Source: Chthoniobacterales bacterium
GTDB taxonomy: Bacteria > Verrucomicrobiota > Verrucomicrobiia > Chthoniobacterales > Chthoniobacteraceae
Length of the DNA: 64,000 nucleotides
Assembly (NCBI GenBank): GCA_038207335.1
Contig: JBBQZX010000001.1
Span: forward strand, 256,001-320,000
Reading direction: 5' to 3'
In this document: positions 47,437 through 55,800 of the stretch, in pieces
How positions within the stretch are numbered: the first letter of the stretch is position 1
Layout of the letters: every line of letters begins with the position of its first letter
Made by a program: the position numbers and the translations under genes
The notes under the pieces: model-generated
What the model was told of the DNA's origin: nothing
The model's database searches: none
The model's input: the letters and a program-made list of their open reading frames with translations, nothing else

Positions 47437-48585
47437 TCAAGCGCCGATGAGCGCGGGCTGCGGGTTGGCGGAAACGAGTGAGGCATGGCGCGCGATCCAG
47501 CCGCCACCGAGGACTTCATCGCCACGGTAGCAGACAGCGGCTTGACCAGGAGTGACGGCGCGCTGCGGCACGTCGAATTGCACGCGCGCCTCGCCATTTT
47601 CACCTGGAAAAACGGTCGCCCCGGCACCCGCGTGGCCGTAGCGGATTTTCACCGTGACCTCAAGCGGCTCGGTCGGCTCGGCGTGCCAGGTCGTGTGCGT
47701 CATTTCAAACTCCTCGACGATCAAATCTTCCGCCTCGCCGACGATGACTCTGCTCGTCGCGGGATCGATGTCGATGACGTATCGCGGCGAGGCGCTACCA
47801 CCCGGGAGTCCTTTGCGCTGGCCGATCGTGAAGAGCTCGATGCCATCGTGATCGGCGAGGCGCGCGCCCGATTTATCGAAGATTCCGCCGCGGTGGAATT
47901 CGGCCTCGCCCATGTGGGATTTGAGGAAAGATTTGTAGTCGTTTCCGGGTACGAAACAGATCTCCTGGCTGTCCACTTTATCCGCTGTCTTGAGGCCGAG
48001 CTGTCGGGCGATTGCGCGGATTTCGCTTTTCTCCATCGCGCCGAGCGGGCAAAGCGCGCGCTGGAGTTGCGCCTGACGGAGGCTGAACAAAAAGTAGGAT
48101 TGGTCCTTGCGCGGGTCCTTGCCTTTGCGCAGCACAGCGCGGTCGGCGTGATGCTCGATGATCGCGTAGTGCCCGGTCGCGATGAACTCCGCACCGATGG
48201 CTTTCGCCTTTCCCCACAGGTTACCGAACTTCACCTTTTCGTTGCACATCACGCACGGGTTTGGAGTCCGTCCGGCGCGATATTCCGCGGTAAAATAATC
48301 GATGACGAGCTTCTCGAATTGATCCGCTTCATCGACCACGTAATGCGGGATCCCCAGCGCGTGCGCCACGCTGCGCGCATCCGCGATTGCCTGCGGGCCG
48401 CAGCATTTGTCCTCGGCTCGCGAGATGCAGTCCTGCGGCCAGACTTTCAACGTGACGCCGACGACGTCGTAGCCCTGTTGCTTCAGCAAAAAGGCTGCGA
48501 CGCTGGAATCGACGCCACCGCTCATGCCGACGACCACGCGTGCTCGCGGGGTCGTTGGAGTGAGTGTGGAATCGGAAGCGTTCAC
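47437..48585 (-). CDS. mnmA: tRNA 2-thiouridine(34) synthase
   Basis: MSGGVDSS, TPNPCVMCN, ATGHYA, KDQSYFL, DSQEICF, TIGQRKGL and AVTPGQ. GTG start at 48585 chosen. Confidence 0.96.
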   Translation of the reverse strand: MNASDSTLTPTTPRARVVVGMSGGVDSSVAAFLLKQQGYDVVGVTLKVWPQDCISRAEDKCCGPQAIADARSVAHALGIPHYVVDEADQFEKLVIDYFTAEYRAGRTPNPCVMCNEKVKFGNLWGKAKAIGAEFIATGHYAIIEHHADRAVLRKGKDPRKDQSYFLFSLRQAQLQRALCPLGAMEKSEIRAIARQLGLKTADKVDSQEICFVPGNDYKSFLKSHMGEAEFHRGGIFDKSGARLADHDGIELFTIGQRKGLPGGSASPRYVIDIDPATSRVIVGEAEDLIVEEFEMTHTTWHAEPTEPLEVTVKIRYGHAGAGATVFPGENGEARVQFDVPQRAVTPGQAAVCYRGDEVLGGGWIARHASLVSANPQPALIGA

Positions 48586-48658
48586 GGCGGCGCGGACATT
48601 CCGCGCGTTCGCCGGAGCGCTCAACCGAAATTTTCGCGTGCCATTCGCACGCTCAAAT

Positions 48659-48835
48659 TTAGCGGCTAACCGTGCCGGCCGCTGAGCCGGTGCCGCCGGT
48701 GCCGCCGCTCGAGCCGCCGTGCGTGAGTGCGGAGCCGTGAGCGTGGGTGCCGCCGACTTGAGCGTCAGCACTGGTGGAGCATGCTGCGAGGCTGAGGCAG
48801 GCGATGGCTGCGAAGAGGAATGTCAGTGTTTTCAT
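48659..48835 (-). CDS. Small Gly/Ser-rich lipoprotein (58 aa, below the ORF-track cutoff)
   Basis: Manual translation MKTLTFLFAAIACLSLAAC-STSADAQVGGTHAHGSALTHGGSSGGTGGTGSAAGTVSR*; lipobox LAAC. Confidence 0.7.
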   Translation of the reverse strand: MKTLTFLFAAIACLSLAACSTSADAQVGGTHAHGSALTHGGSSGGTGGTGSAAGTVSR

Positions 48836-48969
48836 GTTGCGAAAGATTCGCGCCGTGGGCCAAGCGCGACCGTCTCCGGCAAGTAGGTATTACGAGAAAG
48901 CTAAATGTCATGCGCCGCGCCTTGTCCTTGGACGCCGCGCGGCTTTTGCGACAAAGTGCGTGACCAAAC

Positions 48970-50559
48970 GTGACCCGTCCGCCTCTTTTTCTCGCGCTCC
49001 TCCTCGCCGTCGCGCTCGCCGCTTGCTCCCGTCCGATGGACCGCGCCGATCTCGTCTTCTTGAACGGCGCCGAGCCCGAAAGCATCGACCCCGCGGGCTT
49101 CACCGGACAGTCCGAAGGGCGCATTGCATACGCTCTTTTCGAGGGGCTCGCGGCTTTCGACGAGACCGGCACACCGCGGCCGGGCGTGGCGGAAAAGTGG
49201 GACATCTCGGAAGACGGGCGCGTCTATACTTTTCACCTCCGCAGCGATGCGAAGTGGAGCAACGGCGATCCGGTCACGAGTCACGATTTTCTCGCCTCGT
49301 GGCGGCGGACGCTCGCACCCGAGACTGCGTGCGAGTACGCGTATCAGCTCCACTACATTCGCAATGCGAAGGCCTTCAACGACGGGACGCTGAAGGACTT
49401 CAGCCAGGTCGGCGTGCAGGCTCCTGACCCGAGCACGCTCATCGTCACGCTGGAAAATCCCACGCCTTTCTGGATCGATCTCTGCGCCTTCGCCACACTC
49501 CTTCCCGTCCACATGCCGAGCCTCGAGGCGGCGGAAAAACGCGGGGAATCCTTCACCCGTCCCGGCAACCTCGTGAGCAACGGCGCCTTTGTCCTCAAGG
49601 AATGGCGCATCTTCGACCGCATCCGCGTGGAGAAAAATCCATACTACTGGAACGCCGCCCGTGTCGGCATGAAGACCATCGACATCCTCCCCGCAGCGCA
49701 GCCCATGACCGCGTTCAATTTCTACGCAACCGGCGTCGCGGACATCATGGCCGACAAGGGCCTCGCGCCGACCATGCTCATGGAAAAACTGAAGCTGCGC
49801 CCCGACTACCACGCCGCGCCTTTCCTCGGAAATTACTTCGTCCGCTTCAACTGCACCCGGAAGCCCTTCGACGATCCCCGTGTCCGTCTCGCCTTCAGCC
49901 TCGTCATCGACAAACCTTACCTCTGCGAGAACATCACGCGCGCTGGCGAACTCCCCGCCGACAGCCTCGTCCCGCCCGGCACCGCCGGCTACCAAAGCCC
50001 TCCCGGACTCACCCGCGACCCCGAGCGCGCGCGCAAACTTCTTGCCGAGGCCGGCTTCCCCGGTGGCGCAGGGTTCCCCCTCACCTACTACCTTTACAAA
50101 GGCGGCAGCGACCTCGACGCCAGCATCGCCGTTGAGCTTCAGGCCACCTTCAAACGCGAGCTCGGGGTCTCCATCCAGCTCGCGCAGCAGGAGTGGAAAG
50201 TCTATCTCAATTCCCTCACCACGCTCGACTTCGACATGGCGCGCTCCTCCTGGGTCGGCGACTACAAAGACCCCAACACCTTCATGGACTGCTTCGTCAC
50301 AGACGGCGGCAACAACCGCACCGGCTGGTCCAGCAAAACCTACGACCAGCTCATCGCCGACGCTGCCCGGGAGCTCGATTCCCAGAAGCGCTTCGCCCTC
50401 TTCCGCGAGGCCGAGCACATGCTCATTGTCGATCAGGCGCCCATTGTCCCCCTCTTCTATTACGTCGGCATCCAATTCTACGACGGCTCGCGGCTCGGCG
50501 GAGTTCAGGCAAACCTCATCGACGAGCACCCGCTCAAGAACATGTTCTGGAAGCGATGA
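48970..50559 (+). CDS. Oligopeptide ABC transporter substrate-binding lipoprotein (OppA family)
   Basis: Lipobox LAAC; EPESIDP, LFEGL, AKWSNGDPVT, NGAF and WVGDYKDP. Confidence 0.92.
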   Translation: MTRPPLFLALLLAVALAACSRPMDRADLVFLNGAEPESIDPAGFTGQSEGRIAYALFEGLAAFDETGTPRPGVAEKWDISEDGRVYTFHLRSDAKWSNGDPVTSHDFLASWRRTLAPETACEYAYQLHYIRNAKAFNDGTLKDFSQVGVQAPDPSTLIVTLENPTPFWIDLCAFATLLPVHMPSLEAAEKRGESFTRPGNLVSNGAFVLKEWRIFDRIRVEKNPYYWNAARVGMKTIDILPAAQPMTAFNFYATGVADIMADKGLAPTMLMEKLKLRPDYHAAPFLGNYFVRFNCTRKPFDDPRVRLAFSLVIDKPYLCENITRAGELPADSLVPPGTAGYQSPPGLTRDPERARKLLAEAGFPGGAGFPLTYYLYKGGSDLDASIAVELQATFKRELGVSIQLAQQEWKVYLNSLTTLDFDMARSSWVGDYKDPNTFMDCFVTDGGNNRTGWSSKTYDQLIADAARELDSQKRFALFREAEHMLIVDQAPIVPLFYYVGIQFYDGSRLGGVQANLIDEHPLKNMFWKR

Positions 50560-52484
50560 CCGACCGGCTCGCCTTCTGGCTCTTCCGCCTCGTCTCCTTC
50601 ATCGCGAAACTCCTCCCCATCGAGGCCATCTTCCGCGTGGGGTGGGCGCTCGGCTGGCTGGGATACTACATCGCCGGGCCGTATCGCCGCCTCGTCCTGC
50701 ACAATCTCGCGATCGCCTTCGCTCCTGAAAAGTCCCCCCGCGAGCTGCGCAAAATCGCCCGCGACCACTTCGCGTCGCTCTGCGCGAACCTCCTCTCCAG
50801 CATCAAGCTCCCCATGCTCTCCCGCGCCGAGATCGAGGCACGGGTAAAGGTCGAAGGCATCGAAACCATCGACGCCGGCATCATCGCGAACGGCGGCTTC
50901 GTCATGGTCATCAGCCACCTCGGCAATTGGGAGATGTTCGCCCAGCTCTCCCCGATCATCTTCAAATGCAACGTCGGCACCATCTACCAGCGCCTCGGCA
51001 ATGCCTTCCTCGACGCCGAAGTCCGCCGCGACCGCGCGCGCCTCGGACTCTCCCTTTTCGAGCGAAAAGAAGGCTTCACCGCCGCCGCGAAATTCATGCG
51101 CGAAGGCGGCGCGTGCGGCGTCCTCGTCGATCAACATGCGGGCGACGCCGGACTCTGGAGCCCCTTCTTCAACCGCCTCGCATCCACCTCCACCCTCGCC
51201 GCCACCCTCGCCCTTCGCACCGGAGCGTGGCTCGTCCCCGCCGCCGTCTATACCGACGGAGTCGCACGCTGGCGCTGCGTCTTCCTCGGCCAGATGAAAC
51301 CCCACGGGCACACCGCCGAGGCCATCACCGCCCGCATCAACGAATTCCTCGAAGCCCAAATCCGCCGCCAGCCCGCCGACTGGTTCTGGGTCCACAACCG
51401 CTGGAAGACCCCCAAGCCCAAATTCCTCCTCGCCACCTACAAACGCGGCATCCTCATCCCCACCGGCTTCGGCCCTGAGCGCACCCTCCAGCCCTTCAAA
51501 ATCCTCATCCGCGCCAGCAACTGGCTCGGCGACGCCGTCATGAGCGTCCCCGCAGTTCGCGCCATCAAAGCCGGACGCCCCGACGCCCACGTCACCCTCC
51601 TGACCCCCGCCAAGCTCGCCGAATTCTGGCGCTCCGTGCCAGGGGTCGATGCGATCATCCCCATTGAGCGGGGCGAAAATCTCATCTCCGTGGCGAGGAA
51701 AATCCGGGGTCAATTCGAAGCCGCCATTGTCTTCCCCAACTCCCTCCGCACCGCCCTCGAGCCCTGGCTCGCCGGCATCCCCCGCCGCGTCGGCTACCCC
51801 GGCCACCGCCGCGCCTACCTCCTCGACCAAATCCTCCGTCCCAAAAAAACCAAAAAGCTCCAGCCCCCCCGCCACCAAGTCCACCACTACCTCGCCCTCG
51901 CGAAATTCGTCGGCGCCGAACTCCCCTCAATCCCCGCGACGCCCGACGCCTGCTGCCTCGACTCCAACCTTTCTCTGCGAGCCCCTATCCTCGGCCTCTG
52001 CCCCGGCGCCGAATACGGCCCGGCCAAGCGCTGGCTCCCCGAGCGCTTCGCCGAAGTCCTCCGCACCCTCCACGAGCGCACCGGGTGCGAGTGGAAAATC
52101 TTCGGAGTCGAAAAAGACCGGCCCAACGCCGAGCACATCGTCGGCCTTTCCCAGACCCCCTGCACCGACCTCGTCGGCCGCACCACCCTTGCCGAGCTCA
52201 TCGCCCACCTGCGCACCTGCGACCTCCTCCTCACGAACGACACCGGCACCATGCACCTCGCCGCGCACCTCGGCATCCCCGTCGTCGCCCTCTTTGGCAG
52301 CACCGAGCCCGCCCTCACCGGCCCCCTCGGCCCCCCGGGGCGGCACAAAATTCTCCGACACCACGTCGCGTGCTCCCCCTGCTTCCTCCGCGAATGCCCC
52401 ATCGACTTCCGCTGCATGAAAGCCATCACCTCCGAAGAAGTCACCGCCGCCATCGAGACCGCCCTCGCCCCCCAGGGCCCCTGA
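50556..52484 (+). CDS. Fusion of lipid A acyltransferase (LpxL/HtrB family) and LPS heptosyltransferase II (WaaF, GT9)
   Basis: N-half has HLGNWE, LVDQH and QPADWFWVHNRWK. C-half has RASNWLGDAVMS, PGAEYGPAKRW, NDTGTMHLAA and CSPCFLRECP. No stop between the halves; start ATG 50556. Confidence 0.9.
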   Translation: MTDRLAFWLFRLVSFIAKLLPIEAIFRVGWALGWLGYYIAGPYRRLVLHNLAIAFAPEKSPRELRKIARDHFASLCANLLSSIKLPMLSRAEIEARVKVEGIETIDAGIIANGGFVMVISHLGNWEMFAQLSPIIFKCNVGTIYQRLGNAFLDAEVRRDRARLGLSLFERKEGFTAAAKFMREGGACGVLVDQHAGDAGLWSPFFNRLASTSTLAATLALRTGAWLVPAAVYTDGVARWRCVFLGQMKPHGHTAEAITARINEFLEAQIRRQPADWFWVHNRWKTPKPKFLLATYKRGILIPTGFGPERTLQPFKILIRASNWLGDAVMSVPAVRAIKAGRPDAHVTLLTPAKLAEFWRSVPGVDAIIPIERGENLISVARKIRGQFEAAIVFPNSLRTALEPWLAGIPRRVGYPGHRRAYLLDQILRPKKTKKLQPPRHQVHHYLALAKFVGAELPSIPATPDACCLDSNLSLRAPILGLCPGAEYGPAKRWLPERFAEVLRTLHERTGCEWKIFGVEKDRPNAEHIVGLSQTPCTDLVGRTTLAELIAHLRTCDLLLTNDTGTMHLAAHLGIPVVALFGSTEPALTGPLGPPGRHKILRHHVACSPCFLRECPIDFRCMKAITSEEVTAAIETALAPQGP

Positions 52485-52615
52485 TCGGGTTTTTGGAAAG
52501 TCGGCGGGTCGGGCAATCGGTGCGGGGTTACTCTGGAGTGAGCAAAAAGCGACAGCGGAGAATTTTGAGGGCTCAGAGGAGGTGTGAAATCCTATCCATA
52601 TTTTTCCTAATGGCA

Positions 52616-52765
52616 TTTCCGGTCGCCGGAGTGCCATTCGGTTTTATCCGAACGAAGTTTCCGGCAGCCGGAAAGGAACTTGGTTTTTTCCGAATGAGGT
52701 TTCCGATGACCGGAAAAGGCGTTCGGTTTTTTTTGGGGTGAGGTTCCGGGACTCCGGAATGGGGA
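52616..52765. repeat. Intergenic degenerate 42-bp tandem repeat (about 3.5 units), each with a small ttccg-N-ccgga palindrome
   Basis: Unit starts at 52616, 52658, 52700 and about 52743: tttccggtcgccgga, tttccggcagccgga, tttccgatgaccgga, gttccgggactccgga. The first three are followed by a ggtttt..cc-like block. Confidence 0.8.
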
Positions 52766-52808
52766 GCACGAAAATGGGGGAGTTTTCGCCCTGAACCGCG
52801 GCCCGTTC

Positions 52809-55800
52809 CTACGGGGCGGTGATGCGGAGGCGGTCGAATTGGGCGGGGGCGCCGTTCGCGGGGATGGAGGCGCGCCAGAGTTCGGTGATGGTGCCGTCGC
52901 CGTTGAAGGTGCTGGCGGCGAGGGTGCCGTTTTCGCCCCATGCGGTGAGGGTGGTGGCGAACTCGACGTGGTAGCTGATGTCCTCGGCGCCGATTTGGCG
53001 GCGGAAGGTGAGGGTGAGGTAGTCGGCGGTCTGGCCTCCGCCGATGTCGAAGGCGGTGAGGGCGGTGACGGGGCCGCCGGTGCGGTCGGCGGTGCGGGGG
53101 TCGGTGCCGAGGGCGTATTCGACGCGGTTGGAGATGCCGTCGGAGTCGTCGTCGGCGTCGGGGCCGCCGGTGACGCTGTGGGCGGTGGCCCAGGAGGAGA
53201 AGGTGAAGCGGTCGTCGCCGCCGGGGCTACCGCCTGCGACGCGGCTGGCGCGCCAGTTTTCGCCGAGGGCGGGATTGGGGAGGGTCTCGGGGGCGATGAG
53301 GACGAGGGAGTAGCCGAGTCCGTCGGGCTGCGTGGGCCAGGGGGCGATGTTTTTGTAGGAAAAATCGATGATGGGGGTGCCGGCGCCGAAGCTGAGTTTG
53401 ATTTCTTCGCCGGTGTCTTTGAGGGAGTCGCCGGCCTGCCACTGGCCGGCGATGGGTTTGCCGGTGCCGTATCGGGAGTTGAAGGCGGCGATATTCCGCA
53501 CGACGAGGGTGGTGGCGCCGGGCTGAAGGAGGATGTTGCCGGGATAGGCGGGGAAGTCGAAATCGACGCCTTTGGTGAGACGCACGTCGCTGAGGTCGAT
53601 GGCTGCCGGGCCGACGTTGCGGATTTCCAGATACTCGAAGTCGTCCTCGACCCAGCCGGCGGAGGCTTCGGCCGTGGTGGGGGGTGTGGGGTGATACATG
53701 ATCTCGCTGATGACGAGGCTGGAGGTGTAGGGGTAGAGGTCGGCGGCGGCGGCGGTGAACTCGGCTGGGGCACTCCAATGGCTCCAGTGGCCGGTGCTGT
53801 CCTGCTGGCGGACTCGGGCGCGGTAGCGCTGGCCGGGGACGCAGGCGGAGGCGGGGAAGTGGAAGGTGGTACCGTTGTTGGCGACGGGGCCGGTGTCAAA
53901 GGCGGCGTGGATCTCGAGGAGGCGCTTGGTGCCGGGGATGTAGTTGGCGGTGGTATTGACCTCGGCGATGCGCCACTGGACCGCGCCAAAGGTGGCGGCG
54001 CCCTGCGGGTCGGCGAAGGCGCTTTTGGAGAAATCGAGCGCGCTGACGGGGTGGGTGCCGGGGCCGGTGAAGGTGAGGGTGGGGGTGGCAGGGATGGCGG
54101 CGGACTCGCCATTTTCGGCCTGCCGGAAGTCGAGGTAGGCGGCGCGGCCTCCGGTTGAGACGTCGCCGCCGGGCCAGGTGCTGCCGTTGTTGTCGGCATC
54201 GAAGGCGAAGTCCTTCATGCCGGCGACGTAGGCTGCGAGGGAGGTGGTGCCGACGCTGCTGCTCTGGCCGAAGCCTGCGAGCCCGGCGAAATTCCCGGCG
54301 TCGGCGGGCGCGCCATACCAGCGGGCGAAGTCGGCATTGACGAAGGGCTGGATGACGGCGGCGAGCTGGTCGATGAGGGGATTGATCTGCTCGGGCTGCC
54401 ACAGGAGGTCGCGGATTTCGCGGACCTGGGCGTAGTAGCGGGGGTAGAGATTGGGGTGGGTGCCGTTGTCGCCGCCGCGGCTGCCGGAACTGTCGATGGT
54501 GTCGTCGAAGATGGAGTTGTGGACGATGTCGCGGCCGTTATTCCAAGTGGGGCCCCATGTGGCGTCCACGTCGTTCGGGAAATACCAGAGGACGCCCTTG
54601 CTGTTGTTGGCGGCGTTGTAGTCGGGGTAAAAGTAGTAAGCCGCGTTGTTGTCGCCGCTCGGCCAGTAGTCGTAGTGCCGAATGGCCTCCGCAAAAGCGT
54701 GGTAGCGGGACCAGAGGTCCACATTCACCCGCCCGGTGATAAACGCCTCGGTGCTGTAGCCGTTCAGGGTGTTCTTGATGTCGTCGTGGTCGCTGCCATT
54801 GGTAGGAGCGCCCGCCGCCTGATAACGCTGCTGACTGACGCCGACAGCGGTGTCTTTGGTCAGCTTGTAGAGGTTGCCTTTCGGCAGGTTGTGCGAGTCG
54901 AGAAAGCGGCCGTCGTAATCTTCATGCACGAACATGAGGCCCCAGAAGTCGCCGTGCCATTGGTCGGGCTGCTCGGCGGACTGCTTGACGGTGCGGAAGT
55001 GGGCGAAGTTGGCAAACGGGGCGGGGACGCCGAGCTGGTTCCAAACATAGAAGTTGAGGGCTTCGTTCAGGGAGAAGGTGTAGGTTCCGCGGTTCTCCCA
55101 GAGGTTCTCGGTGATCATGGTTTTCCATGTCGTCGGGTAGTTGATGCCGTCGTTGTCCCTGGCTTGGAGATAGGCGCCTTTATTAAAGATGAACTTGAAG
55201 GCGCGTTTGCTGGTGGCGGCAGCACCAGGGCTCCCGCTCGCGCTGTATCGGCCATTAGCACCGTGGAGGCGGTATTGGATATGATCGTGGACTACTCCCT
55301 CATAGACGAACGCGGCCTCCCAGTTCTCGAATGTCCAACTGACGGTGGCAGGGGTGAGCTGGTCGGCGGCACTAAAGGCGACGCATTGATCCCAATCGCC
55401 GGAGCGGGTGAGGAAGTGGTAAGTCGGGAGGGAGGTGAGGGTGGAGGAGGGGGTGCCTTGGTAGTCGGGGACGCCGTCATAGACGTAGGCGGCGAAGTTC
55501 AGCGAGGGGTCGTCGGCGTAGGGGACGCGGACGCTGGCACCGGGGTTGTCGGTGACGACGATGCGGTATCGGATGAGCGTGCGTTTGGCTTGGATGGGGA
55601 TCGTCGCGGTGTAGATGCTGTCGCCGCCCTGCGCGTCGGCTCCGATGCCGTCGTCGTTCATGGGAATCGTGACCCAATTTGCCGGATCCTCGAAGGCGGG
55701 GTTGGCGGCGAGCGGGGCATTGACGTTCACGAACTGTCCGCCGGAGATGGCCTTGGGAAGTGTGCTCGGGATGAAGCTGCCCGGCGCTACGATCTGATAT

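Noticed and set aside
48901..51887. Long minus-strand ORFs (542 aa and 460 aa)
   Set aside because: Antisense shadows of the OppA-like gene and the LpxL-WaaF fusion.
52500..52800. Chromosomal replication origin suggested by the skew switch
   Set aside because: No DnaA boxes or dnaA/dnaN genes are seen, the skew fades within a few kb, and similar switches occur elsewhere in the window.
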